DNA from: Schlesneria paludicola DSM 18645
GTDB lineage: Bacteria; Planctomycetota; Planctomycetia; Planctomycetales; Planctomycetaceae
DNA length: 64,000 bases
Assembly: GCA_945862235.1 (NCBI GenBank)
Contig: CAMAYU010000011.1
Span: 1,610-65,609, forward strand
Direction of reading: 5' to 3'
Shown here: piece after piece, positions 40,205 through 50,115 of the stretch
How positions within the stretch are numbered: position 1 is the stretch's first letter
Layout of the letters: every line of letters begins with the position of its first letter
The notes under the pieces: model-generated
Told to the model about the DNA's origin: nothing
Databases searched by the model: none
What the model saw: the letters and a program-made list of their open reading frames with translations, nothing else
Made by a program: the position numbers and the translations under genes

Positions 40205-41851
40205 ATGCTCACTCCAACGCGATGGCTTCAAAATTTGTCGGCATGGTGGCGGAACCGCACGCTGGCACAGCCTCGTGGTCGAGGCAGGCGAAGTTCGGGA
40301 TCGCATCATGCCGCGTGGGTCGCGTCCGTAGAGGCCGCCGAACCTCGGCTCCTGTTGGCTGCGACCAACGCAATCAATGTCGCTGTTTCTGGTAGTCAGA
40401 TTCGACTGACGGCGATCGGACGTGATCCCTCGGCAGCAGGCGACAACTTCGATGTCTCATTCACCGGGACTCAGTTCAAGTTGACCGCTCGCAATGGAAC
40501 AGAATTTCGCGTCGGCAATCACACCCTGACCGAACACACGATCAACGTCTCCAGCCCGGTAGCGCTGGTCATCCGGCTCAGCTCGCGCGCCGATCAAGTC
40601 ACAGTCACGGGAGATGGCACGGCTCGGTTGAACTCGCTCTTCACGACTCTCGGCAGGGGAAACGGCAACAACTCGTTGAAGGTCGATAACGTAATCACGG
40701 GGAACGCCATCGTGAGGGGTGGCGGTCGGGCTGATAACGTTTCGTTCGATCGTTCCACCATCAACGGCGACTTCATTGGACGACTCGGGCAAAGTGAATC
40801 TGATGTTCTGAAGATCGAGCGTTCGACAGTGAAGGGGCGATTCCTGCTCCGGACACAGCAGTTCACCGCCAACACCACGACGTTCGACGGGATCGTTCGC
40901 GATGTCCAAACGGCACCGGGGAGTACCGTTGATCTGACAGGCTCAACCTTCAAGAGCGCGGTGGCGATGTACACCGGAACGAAAGGGGTCGTGAATCTGC
41001 ATGGCTCGACGACGGGAGCGAACACGTTTCAAAAGGCCCTGCGCATCGTCGGCCGACGCCAACCGACCGTCATCAATTCGGGAGCGAACACAGTCGTCAA
41101 CAGCGTCACGCCCACGTTCGTCAAAGCCACTCGCAACGTCGTCAGTGGTGTCACCGCCCCGACTGTGAATGCCCTGACGGCCGACTCGCTCACTCCCACA
41201 ATCACCGGAACGTGGGACGCCACCCGCGCCACGACACTGACCGTTGCCGTGAACGGACGGACATATCAGCTCGGCCAAGACTCGCAGTTGACCGCACCGA
41301 CGACTGGTCGTTGGTCGCTCAATCTGACCGGGCAACCGCTGCCCGGCGGCGCTTCCACCGTCACCGCGACCAATGCCGACACGTTCGGGAACTCGATGCA
41401 AGGAACGGGCGTCGTGGCCGCTCCCGCTGGAGATCAATCGCAACAGGCCAGCATCCGCCGGTTCCTCACTGCGAACAGCCTGACCGGCCAACAAACGTCG
41501 TCGGGGCTGAACTACGTCGTCACCACGGCCGGAACGGGAGCCATTCCTACGGCTGGCATGAACGTCACGGTGAACTACACCGGCCGCCTGCTCAACGCGG
41601 ACGGAACACTCGGAGCCGTGTTCGACTCAAACGTCGATCCGCAATTCAATCACGTGACTCCGTTCCAGTTCCCGCTGGGACAGGGCCGCGTCATTCGAGG
41701 CTGGGACGAGGGCTTCGCTCTGCTCCGCGTCGGAACCGTCGGCAAGCTCATCATCCCGTCGGAACTCGGTTACGGCGCGGCTGGCTCGGGAGCACGCATC
41801 CCACCGAACAGCATCCTTGTGTTCGACATCACGCTGGTGTCGGCTCAGTAG
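40205..41851 (+). CDS. exported multidomain protein with C-terminal FKBP-type peptidyl-prolyl isomerase
   Basis: EPRLLLA (LEPRxLL-like), beta-rich repeats, Ig-like TPTITGT block; VIRGWDEG, IPSELGYG, IPPNSILVFDITL. Confidence 0.88.
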   Translation: MLTPTRWLQNLSAWWRNRTLAQPRGRGRRSSGSHHAAWVASVEAAEPRLLLAATNAINVAVSGSQIRLTAIGRDPSAAGDNFDVSFTGTQFKLTARNGTEFRVGNHTLTEHTINVSSPVALVIRLSSRADQVTVTGDGTARLNSLFTTLGRGNGNNSLKVDNVITGNAIVRGGGRADNVSFDRSTINGDFIGRLGQSESDVLKIERSTVKGRFLLRTQQFTANTTTFDGIVRDVQTAPGSTVDLTGSTFKSAVAMYTGTKGVVNLHGSTTGANTFQKALRIVGRRQPTVINSGANTVVNSVTPTFVKATRNVVSGVTAPTVNALTADSLTPTITGTWDATRATTLTVAVNGRTYQLGQDSQLTAPTTGRWSLNLTGQPLPGGASTVTATNADTFGNSMQGTGVVAAPAGDQSQQASIRRFLTANSLTGQQTSSGLNYVVTTAGTGAIPTAGMNVTVNYTGRLLNADGTLGAVFDSNVDPQFNHVTPFQFPLGQGRVIRGWDEGFALLRVGTVGKLIIPSELGYGAAGSGARIPPNSILVFDITLVSAQ

Positions 41852-42029
41852 GGCACACGGCTCAAAGCGTATCCTCCTCACCCACTCGCAGCGTGAGTCG
41901 CACACCAACCCGAAGCGTGAACAAAGACCAGACGGCTCGGCTATCACGTACGCGGGCGGCAGCTCAAGCCCCCACAAAAAAGCACCTTCGTCCTAGGTTT
42001 GCCGAGACCGACAACCGCGTGAAGCAATC

Positions 42030-42674
42030 TTAGAATGGCTCATTGGGCAGGCTTTGCAGCCACGCGTTCCGCACCGGGATCAACTTTTGAAGCACGCCGA
42101 CTAGTACTTCGGGAGGTGACGCCATCGCGTCAATCTGAGAAATAATCTCAGCGGGATAAGCGTTAATCACCGGTTCGGACTCGCGAAGATAGACTTCAAA
42201 TCGGGTGCGGATCACTTCCTCATTGGCGTCATCGGCCCGGTTGTCGCGAATCGCCCGGCGCTTGATCCGGTCGATCATCTTGTCGAGATCGGCGCACACC
42301 AAGTGAATGATGTGCAGGACGTTAATCGTATCCTTGAGCATCTCAATCTGAGCCGGATTGCGCGGGATGCCATCCAGTATCAGTAGCTCATCCGGCGGCT
42401 TGTAACGCGAGATCGCGATGTGCCCCATCAGCGACTTCTTCCAAATCTTGACGGTCAGTTCATCTGGGACCAGTTGACCGCGCGAACTGAATTCGTAGAT
42501 TTCGCGGCCTTCGGGCGAGTTGATATTCAGCGATCGGAAAACATCACCGCAAGACAAGTGATAGAAACCGGGAATCTGCCCCAAGATCGTTCCTTGAGTC
42601 CCCTTGCCGACACCCGGTGCTCCGAACAACAGAATCGCAGGATGGCGTCCATCGAACATGAGAAATTGCTCCAT
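42030..42674 (-). CDS. adk: adenylate/nucleoside monophosphate kinase (short LID)
   Basis: GAPGVGKGTQG P-loop, HLSCGDVFR, LVPDEL, ILDGIPRN, RADD. Confidence 0.85.
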   Translation of the reverse strand: MEQFLMFDGRHPAILLFGAPGVGKGTQGTILGQIPGFYHLSCGDVFRSLNINSPEGREIYEFSSRGQLVPDELTVKIWKKSLMGHIAISRYKPPDELLILDGIPRNPAQIEMLKDTINVLHIIHLVCADLDKMIDRIKRRAIRDNRADDANEEVIRTRFEVYLRESEPVINAYPAEIISQIDAMASPPEVLVGVLQKLIPVRNAWLQSLPNEPF

Positions 42675-42886
42675 CCGGTGTTCTTGAGAGTCACTCGCGG
42701 TCTTGGTACTCGTCCGAAAACAGTGTCGACTTTCGCTCCGCGTTACAACGTCCTTTCGCAGAGCGAAAGGCGACAAACGACGGAGTTCTTCTTGGACAAG
42801 CTCTTAGCCATGTGGCCGCGAAATAGTAGTTGCTGGAACCTGACGACTCAATTCGACGCAGGTAAACCGACAGGCCGTGAGTTTGC

Positions 42887-42926
42887 AAAAAAATAAGGCG
42901 TCCCTCCGATGAGGCGACGCCTTATT
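42887..42926 (-). terminator. rho-independent terminator downstream of rpsD
   Basis: 11-bp stem AATAAGGCGTC/GACGCCTTATT followed by T-run on the minus strand, about 30 nt after the rpsD stop. Confidence 0.8.
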
Positions 42927-42953
42927 GAATATTGTTCGCAATAACCAACCGCA

Positions 42954-43565
42954 TCAGCGTGACATGAACGCCACAACACGGCCAATCTGAACGTCGGGCG
43001 CCGAAGAATCCGTATACGATGGAAGGGATTGAACTCGGGCTTCCAAGTCTTTCGCGTCGAAGGCAATCCAATCGACCGATTGTCGCGACGCACTGTCCAC
43101 GACTTCGCGATACATCTTGCGGACGTTCGGACGATTTCGCAGGGTGATCACGTCACCTGGCTCAACGAAGATCGAAGGCTTGTTGATCGTCTTGCCGTTC
43201 AACTGGAAGTGCCGATGGACAACACCCTGTCGAGCCTGCATGCGAGTCACCGTGAAGCCTGCTCGCCGAATCACGTTGTCAAGCCGACGCTCACACATGA
43301 TCAACAGCAGTTCGCCGGTGTTCCCCTTTTGGGCACGTGCTTTAGCGAAGTACCGACGGAGCTGAGCTTCCCGCATACCGTAGTGGTACTTGATCTTCTG
43401 CTTGTCAGCCAAAGCCTCACCGTACACGGTCAGCTTGCGACGGCGTTGAGACATGCCCGGAGGATTGGGACGCTTTTCCAGCGCCTTCACAGCACCGTGG
43501 TTCTCGAACACCATCGAACCAAGTCGTCGATTGATTCGACCCTTGGGACCCGTATAACGACCCAT
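42954..43565 (-). CDS. rpsD: 30S ribosomal protein S4 (no zinc-finger cysteines)
   Basis: MGRYTGPK, YGEALADKQK, ERRLDNVIRRAGF, ARQGVVHRHFQLNG. Confidence 0.95.
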   Translation of the reverse strand: MGRYTGPKGRINRRLGSMVFENHGAVKALEKRPNPPGMSQRRRKLTVYGEALADKQKIKYHYGMREAQLRRYFAKARAQKGNTGELLLIMCERRLDNVIRRAGFTVTRMQARQGVVHRHFQLNGKTINKPSIFVEPGDVITLRNRPNVRKMYREVVDSASRQSVDWIAFDAKDLEARVQSLPSYTDSSAPDVQIGRVVAFMSR

Positions 43566-43692
43566 GCAATAACTCCCGCGCCCTAAATTTTCTCAACGGA
43601 ACTGGCAAATCGAGGCGGGATGATGGCGACTGAGAGTCGATTCGTCAATCGTCCGAGAAACACTGTTGGATTGTTGCCGTAGGACACGGATC

Positions 43693-44262
43693 TTATTGGC
43701 CGAATGCGCGGTTGAGCGACAGTAACATCGACTGTTCCAGCTCCACATCACGGCCTTTGGGAATCCAGCCAGAGGGAGCCGCTTGACCAACGACGGGATT
43801 CAAATCACGTTGGAGTGGGCTGTTGTCGAGAAATGTCGCCGGGCCGACGGCATTCGCAGCAGCCGCTACATCTTCCAGTTCCTTGTGAGCTTCAACTCCC
43901 ACCATGAAGCCCCCATCGACTGGAGTCACGCTGAGAAACGCCTTCCGGCGGATCGACTGCAACGTACTCTCCGCTCGGTTCCTCGCCCCGACCGAATCAC
44001 GATGCCACGGCTCGAACAGGTTCGCCCCCGTCTTGTACTGGGTCTCGATGACGCCCCCCAGCTTGTTCTCGCGTTCGATTTCAAACAGGTAGTCGTGAAC
44101 GACATCGACCGCCCGCTCCCAAGCTTCTTCGTGATTGTTGGCTCGAACGAAGACGGGGTTGCTGACCGCGACCTGTCGCCCGGGAAGGGACGCGCAGCCG
44201 CTCAGCGTTGCCACCAGCAACAGCGCCAGAAATCGGCCGGATCGGTCACGAAGCCAAGGCAT
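43693..44262 (-). CDS. hypothetical lipoprotein
   Basis: Lipobox LSGC after hydrophobic stretch; coding-like composition. Confidence 0.7.
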   Translation of the reverse strand: MPWLRDRSGRFLALLLVATLSGCASLPGRQVAVSNPVFVRANNHEEAWERAVDVVHDYLFEIERENKLGGVIETQYKTGANLFEPWHRDSVGARNRAESTLQSIRRKAFLSVTPVDGGFMVGVEAHKELEDVAAAANAVGPATFLDNSPLQRDLNPVVGQAAPSGWIPKGRDVELEQSMLLSLNRAFGQ

Positions 44263-44411
44263 GAGACAGCTCACCGCATTCAGTTCCTGCAGAACTCTCC
44301 GACTGGCGACAGAACTTCACCTGTAACAGCAAGTCGGAGAATGAGTCAGGCCGGAATGTGACAGAGAACCGAAAAACGCTCAAGACCGATCGAAGTGACC
44401 GTCGGTTTCCG

Positions 44412-45698
44412 TCAGGCCAGCAGTTCCTTGATGCCACTGGCGGCGGGATCGGCGATTGGGATCGGACGACCGCCGATATCGAACGACTTCGAGGTATCGA
44501 CACCCACCGCTTGCAGGTAAGTGTGGAACAGGTGGCCGTGATCGACTTGTCGGTCGGTCACTTCGGTCCCTTTGTCATTCGTCTTGCCGACCACTGCGCC
44601 GGGGACGATGCGACCGCCGCCGAGCAGCACCGACCACGCCTTGCCCCAGTGGTCTCGCCCGACGAGATGGTTGATGTTCGGTGTCCGTCCGAATTCGGAG
44701 AGGACCACAATCAGCGTGCTTTCGAGCAGACCTCGATCAGCCAAGTCCGAGACGATCGTCGCGAACGGCCGATCGAACTCGCCGATCTGTTCGCCGTGGA
44801 AGATGAAGTTTTCGTTGTGGCTGTCGTAGTTCGAGTGGCTCACTTGGACATAGGTGATGCCGCTCTCGATCAGTCGCCGGGCGAGCAGGCAGTGGCGGCC
44901 GAGGTCATGCTTGCCGTAGCGGGCTTGGTCCGCTTCCGACTCCTTCGAGACATCGAAGATGTCGCGTTGAGCCATCAACTGTTGAGCCTGCTCGTAGCTG
45001 TAGGTGTAGGCGTCGGTCATGGCCGTACGGCGGCGAGACAGGAACCGTTCGTTGGCCGCGCGGCGCATGGCGTTTCGTTGTTCATCAGCCGCGGCAGCGA
45101 TGGCATCGGGACGCACGGTGTTCGCGGGTGGCTGGCCGTTCCCGAGATACAGTCCCGCATACTTCGGCCCGAGATACGCCGAGTCATTCGCACGGCCGCC
45201 CCCTCCCGCCGTGATCTGGATGTGGCCGGGCAGGCCGCTCGCCTCGTTGGACACCGCTTTGGCGACGACCGCGCCGAGGGACGGGTTCTCGACGCCGGGC
45301 ATCTCGCGCCGCCCGGTCATCATCGCCTTGATCCCCTTGCCGTGATCGTCCTCGCCGGTGTTCACACTGCGGACGATGGCCAACCGGTGCATCTGCTTGG
45401 CGGTCTCGGGCCACAGTTCGCAGATTTGAGTCCCCGGCACGGAGGTATTGATCGCGCGAAACGGCCCACCCGTCGGAGTCCCCGGCTTCGGATCCCAGCT
45501 CTCAAGCTGACTCAATCCGCCGTGCATGTTGAACACGAGCACCCGCTTCTGCTGCTTGTTCAGTTCCGCCGAGATTGCGGGCCGAGCGAGCATCGACATC
45601 CCGCCAAATATGGCCCCCGTCCCCGCCGCCATCGTTCCAAGGAACTGGCGTCGCGCCATCGTGTGCTCACCAGAACCGCAGGCATAATTGCATCGCAT
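44412..45698 (-). CDS. DUF1501 family protein
   Basis: ARRQFLG Tat motif, GGLSQLESWDPKP, HCLLARRLIESG, SEFGRTP, GRDHW. Confidence 0.92.
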   Translation of the reverse strand: MRCNYACGSGEHTMARRQFLGTMAAGTGAIFGGMSMLARPAISAELNKQQKRVLVFNMHGGLSQLESWDPKPGTPTGGPFRAINTSVPGTQICELWPETAKQMHRLAIVRSVNTGEDDHGKGIKAMMTGRREMPGVENPSLGAVVAKAVSNEASGLPGHIQITAGGGGRANDSAYLGPKYAGLYLGNGQPPANTVRPDAIAAAADEQRNAMRRAANERFLSRRRTAMTDAYTYSYEQAQQLMAQRDIFDVSKESEADQARYGKHDLGRHCLLARRLIESGITYVQVSHSNYDSHNENFIFHGEQIGEFDRPFATIVSDLADRGLLESTLIVVLSEFGRTPNINHLVGRDHWGKAWSVLLGGGRIVPGAVVGKTNDKGTEVTDRQVDHGHLFHTYLQAVGVDTSKSFDIGGRPIPIADPAASGIKELLA

Positions 45699-45789
45699 GG
45701 CCAAATCTCCAGTTCGGAAAACGGTACTCAGCAATCGGCCGGACGGCCTTCGGTTTTGAGCTAAAGGCTAAGAGCCAACAGCTTCTCAC

Positions 45790-48645
45790 TCAATGATTGA
45801 AACGAAACTCCGCCGATGTGACCAAGGCCCAGATGAGGTCTCTCAAGGCGGCGGGGCGTTCGGCAGCGCGGGCGGTCAGTTGATGAGTTGTCTCGGCGAT
45901 CTCGGCGTCGTTCGGGCGGCGGGTGAGGACACTGAGATACATTTCTTCGGCGATGGCCTTCGGTTCGATGAGCGGCATCAGGCGGCCGATGAGCTGTCCG
46001 CCTCCCGCCCAGCCGATGACCGAGCCGCCGTTCGCGACGAACAATGCCTGATCGACCGATGCAAAAAAGTCATCCTGCCCCGGTCCGGCTGAGCCGCCGT
46101 AGAGCAATGTGAACGCGTTGACGTTGCCGCGATGAATCTCGTGGATTTGCGAGGCGACTTTGAATTCGCGGGTCTTCGCGAGGGCGGGGTCTGCCGCGAC
46201 GCTGGCCTTCGGGATGGTCTTTTCGATTTCGGCTTCGGCACCCGGACGCTGTGGCTCGACGACGCCGGTCGATTGCAATGCGGCCCACGCGAGCTGCTCG
46301 GGGTTGAGCTGCTTCAACACGCGGACTCCCGCCGCGTTCGTCCAGAGTTCAGCGAGCTGGACTCGACCCGAGGCGACCGCCGCTTGTGTCGTCGGCACGG
46401 CGGCGACGGCTTGGTTAACGATGTTCGTTTTCGACGTGACGGTTTGCTGGCGAGTCGCCATCTCGGTCGTGGCTACGACGAGCGTTTGCTTCAGCGCGGC
46501 GAGTTTTCCCGCGACATCTTTGGCCGCAGCGTCCTTCGCCACCATCGCCTGTTCGAGCGTCGCTGCCTCTTTGGCGAGTGGCTCGTGCTTCTCCTTGAGT
46601 TTCGCGACGACCAGCGTGATCTCGGCATCTCCCGGCAGCTTGGCCAGCACGGCGTCGGTCTTCGCGATCGCCTCGACCACGGATTGCACGACACCTTGCT
46701 TGGCGACGAATGCCACTTTGGACTCGTCGAACAGTTTGGTGGCCTCGACCATGACCTTGTCCATCTCGGCGACAGCAGTCGTTTGTTTGGTCACTTCTAC
46801 CTGCTGCTGTTCGACCGCCAGCATGGCTGCGGCGAGTTCCGCCTTGGTCGGTTCGACAGCGGCTTGCGCGGCGGCGGCACTCGCGATGGCGGTGTTCAAC
46901 GCGACGTGAGCCTGCAACTGTTCGAGTTTTTTCTTCTGCGCCCCGGCCAGCGCCGCGTCAGCCTTGTGCTGGTTCCACGCGACGAGGAACTTGGCTCGCG
47001 CGGCATCAATTGGCTTCGCCGCTTCGACGAGCGCCGCGTAAGCCGCATCGGCCGGCGGGTAGCCTTCGGTCAACTTCACGCCCGCCGCCGCATGCGCCGC
47101 CGTTTGGTCGGTCGCCTGTTTTTGGAGGGCCGCCAATTCCATCGCCAGTTGCGTCTGCTTGGCGGTGAAGGTCGCAACGGCTCCCGCCAGTTCCTTGTCG
47201 GCGGGCAGCAGCTTCGCGGCTTCGGTTGTCTTCGCGGCCGCCTCGTTCACAGCGGTGATGGCCGTTTGTTTTGCGGTCGTGGCTACTGCGGTCGCAGCCA
47301 GCGCGACAAGGGCGTCATCCACCGGCTTCTTGATCTTCGCGACCTCCGCCTCGGCCGCTTTCCACGCGGCCTCAGCCGGTTCGAGCGTTTTGCGAGCCGC
47401 CTTCCACTCTTCACGAACCGCATCGGCCGCCTTGCGTGATGCGTCGGCGATCCCCTTCAAACGAACATGCTCCGCTTCGACCACCGGCGTCTGCTGCACA
47501 GCGGCGGCCAACTGCGGAGCAGGATCGGCGGGGAGGTCTATCGAACGCTGATACGTCTTCGTGAGAACCAGTTCTCGTACCAGCCAGCGCATGTCGTACT
47601 TCATCGCCACGAATTCGTTCGTGATGAGATCGAGAACAGCCGGGTGCGACGGCGGGTTGTCGGGATGATGCAGATCAACGGGATGAACGAGTCCTCGCCC
47701 CATGAACTGTGCCCACAGCCGGTTCGTGATGTTGACGTTGAACTGCCGGTTGGTGCCGTTCGTCGCGAGTTCCGCCAGCTTCGCGCGGCGGCTGTACTTG
47801 GGAACGGACCTCACGTTGGCGGCCGGGGCCACGCTGTAGTCCTCGCCCTGTCGGAAGCGAGGTTCGTCGAGTTCGTTCTCGCCGGGCAAGCGTGGTCGCG
47901 TCTGACCGGCATCTCCGGTGAAGACCGACTTGTAGCTGGCATCGCCGTGCGAAGTCTCGGCGAGGAACGACTTTTTCTGAGCGGCATCGGCGAACAACGT
48001 CGTCCGCTGGAAGAAGGCGTACATCCCGTGATAGTCGGTCTGAAGATAGTGATCGACGAGTGGATGGTCGTGACACTGAGCACACTGCAAATCCATCCCG
48101 AAGAACACGCGAGCCGTGTCTCGGGCGAGCAGGTTCGGTTCGGCCGCGCGGTCCATCACGAACTTGGCGGCGGGACGCAGTGCCGGATCAACGCCATCGG
48201 ATGACAGAATCTCTCGCGCGAGTTGGTCGTAAGACTTGTTCGCGACAAACGCCTCTTGCAGGTACTTCTGCCACTCAATAACGGTCACATGCGTGGCGGG
48301 CCGTCGCTCCATGAGCATCACGTCGAAGACGTTAGCCATGTGAATCGGATAGCGCGGGCTGGCCAAGAGCCGATCGACGAGCAACTCCCGCTTGTTCGGC
48401 GTCGCGTCGTCGAGAAAGGCTCTCGCTTCAACAGACGACGGCAGATCGCCGGTCAGATCGAGAGTGACTCGACGCAGAAACTCGGAGTCGCTTGCCAGCG
48501 AAGCAACCGGGCCGACCTGACCCGCATCGATCAATTGATCGATGCGCGGAGCCAACGGCTCTGCAGCGGAGACGACAGCCAGTCGGCCCGTCGCAGCAAC
48601 GAACGAAAACAAAATGAGGCAACAAGCAGGCAGGCGGGTTGTCAT
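45790..48645 (-). CDS. DUF1549/DUF1553 protein with long Ala/Lys-rich coiled-coil insertion
   Basis: FLRRVTLDLTG, CAQCHDHP, NRLWAQFMGRGLV, QALFVAN, EFRFNH. Confidence 0.9.
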   Translation of the reverse strand: MTTRLPACCLILFSFVAATGRLAVVSAAEPLAPRIDQLIDAGQVGPVASLASDSEFLRRVTLDLTGDLPSSVEARAFLDDATPNKRELLVDRLLASPRYPIHMANVFDVMLMERRPATHVTVIEWQKYLQEAFVANKSYDQLAREILSSDGVDPALRPAAKFVMDRAAEPNLLARDTARVFFGMDLQCAQCHDHPLVDHYLQTDYHGMYAFFQRTTLFADAAQKKSFLAETSHGDASYKSVFTGDAGQTRPRLPGENELDEPRFRQGEDYSVAPAANVRSVPKYSRRAKLAELATNGTNRQFNVNITNRLWAQFMGRGLVHPVDLHHPDNPPSHPAVLDLITNEFVAMKYDMRWLVRELVLTKTYQRSIDLPADPAPQLAAAVQQTPVVEAEHVRLKGIADASRKAADAVREEWKAARKTLEPAEAAWKAAEAEVAKIKKPVDDALVALAATAVATTAKQTAITAVNEAAAKTTEAAKLLPADKELAGAVATFTAKQTQLAMELAALQKQATDQTAAHAAAGVKLTEGYPPADAAYAALVEAAKPIDAARAKFLVAWNQHKADAALAGAQKKKLEQLQAHVALNTAIASAAAAQAAVEPTKAELAAAMLAVEQQQVEVTKQTTAVAEMDKVMVEATKLFDESKVAFVAKQGVVQSVVEAIAKTDAVLAKLPGDAEITLVVAKLKEKHEPLAKEAATLEQAMVAKDAAAKDVAGKLAALKQTLVVATTEMATRQQTVTSKTNIVNQAVAAVPTTQAAVASGRVQLAELWTNAAGVRVLKQLNPEQLAWAALQSTGVVEPQRPGAEAEIEKTIPKASVAADPALAKTREFKVASQIHEIHRGNVNAFTLLYGGSAGPGQDDFFASVDQALFVANGGSVIGWAGGGQLIGRLMPLIEPKAIAEEMYLSVLTRRPNDAEIAETTHQLTARAAERPAALRDLIWALVTSAEFRFNH

Positions 48646-48845
48646 GGCGGGGTCCTCGGCGGGTTGGGCGACTTCAAGTAGAAGTCGCCTCTTTCGCATC
48701 GGCAAGGGCAGTTTGATAACAGCCGCCGAAGAGCCGCGTCAACGCTGACAGTCAGAGAACGCCTGCCGGTGCTGAGGGTTGGTTTGGTTGAGTCGATTAT
48801 GCACTGGCAAGAACGGCGACTGTCAGTAAGCTGTCGCCGCATTCC

Positions 48846-48893
48846 CGTAGGCCGGACCCCTTGGTCCGGCCGGACCAAGGGGTCCGGCCTACG
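48846..48893. repeat. perfect 48-bp GTAG-ended palindrome
   Basis: CGTAGGCCGGACCCCTTGGTCCGG followed directly by its reverse complement. Confidence 0.9.
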
Positions 48894-48936
48894 TCATGGT
48901 TTGCCGACCCATTTCATCACTCCAACGAGGACCATC

Positions 48937-49500
48937 ATGGACGAAGTTCAATCACGGCGCGGATGGATGCAGCAAGTAATTGTCGGCGGGAGCGGCCTCC
49001 TGATCGCGGGGACTTACCCAACGAAGGCCGTCGCGCAGGGAGCCTCGAAGCCGATCAGCGTGCGAGTCGTGGACAAGGCGGGCTACGACAAGATTATCGC
49101 GTCCAACAAGGGCAAAGTGGTCGTCGTCGATTGCTGGGCGACGTGGTGCGTCCCGTGTCGCAAGGCGTTTCCCGAGACCGTCGAAATGGCGAAGGCTTAC
49201 GCGGACAAAGGTGTCGTCGTGGTGTCGCTCTGCTTCGACGATCCGGTCAAGGGGCAGGTGCCGGACAAGGTGAAAGAGTTTCTCGTCAAACAGGACGCTC
49301 AGTTCGAGAACCTCGTCAGTTCGCTCGACATTTCGGACGACGGGGCCGATGCGTTTGACATCGCCGAGGGCGCGTTGCCGCACTTCAAGATCTACGGCAA
49401 GGACGGCAAGCTCTTCAAAAAGTTCGAAAGCGGTGAGGACAAGGAGTTCACTCACGAACAGATCGAAGCGGCCGTGAAGGCGGCGCTCAAAGCGAAGTGA
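48937..49500 (+). CDS. TlpA-like thioredoxin-fold disulfide reductase with Tat-like signal
   Basis: SRRGW signal; VVDCWATWCVPC active site. Confidence 0.88.
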   Translation: MDEVQSRRGWMQQVIVGGSGLLIAGTYPTKAVAQGASKPISVRVVDKAGYDKIIASNKGKVVVVDCWATWCVPCRKAFPETVEMAKAYADKGVVVVSLCFDDPVKGQVPDKVKEFLVKQDAQFENLVSSLDISDDGADAFDIAEGALPHFKIYGKDGKLFKKFESGEDKEFTHEQIEAAVKAALKAK

Positions 49501-49626
49501 GGCAGTCTCCGAATGCGTCTTCTGTGCGAGGCGGCATCAGCCTCCCGATTCTTCAAGACCGGGCTTACGCCCAAGACAAGAGCCAGGGGGCTGACGCCGC
49601 CCCGCTCAGAAGAATCGCAGAGACGA

Positions 49627-50115
49627 TCAGTTCTTGCCGCGTCGCATCGCCTGTTGGATGTCGCGGTTGGCCGAGTCTTGTTTGATCCGCTGGCGTTTGT
49701 CGTATTCCTTCTGTCCTTTGGCGACGGCGACCGTCACTTTGACGAGGCCGCGCGACAGATGCACGTCGAGCGGGATCAGCGTGAGGCCCTTCTGTTGTGA
49801 TGACTTGGCGAATTTCTCTCGCTCGCGTTTGTGCAGTAGCAGCTTGCGGCGGCGTTTGGGGTCGTGATTGAGATACGTCGCTTGCGGGTACTCGGCGATG
49901 TCGCAGCCGATCAGCCAAACCTCGTTGTTCTCGACTTGGACGTAGGCTTCCTCGATCGAGATTTTGTTATTGCGGACGCTCTTCACTTCGCTGCCGCGCA
50001 GGATCAAGCCGCACTCAAGCTGCTGGATGAGTTCGTACTCGTGCTTCGCTTTCCGGTTGCGGCAAATGACGCGCGAGAGCGAGTACTCGGGCGTGGACTC
50101 GGGGGATTTGGCCAT
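49627..50115 (-). CDS. smpB: SsrA-binding protein
   Basis: NRKAKHEY, LRGSEVKS, HDPKRRRKLLLHKRE, AKGQKEYDKR. Confidence 0.96.
   Translation of the reverse strand: MAKSPESTPEYSLSRVICRNRKAKHEYELIQQLECGLILRGSEVKSVRNNKISIEEAYVQVENNEVWLIGCDIAEYPQATYLNHDPKRRRKLLLHKREREKFAKSSQQKGLTLIPLDVHLSRGLVKVTVAVAKGQKEYDKRQRIKQDSANRDIQQAMRRGKN

Noticed and set aside
42954-43565. Stand-alone, cysteine-free rpsD as an unusual zinc-independent paralogue
   Set aside because: rpsD outside the alpha operon and lacking zinc cysteines is common in bacteria; nothing in the window indicates a second copy or Zur control.
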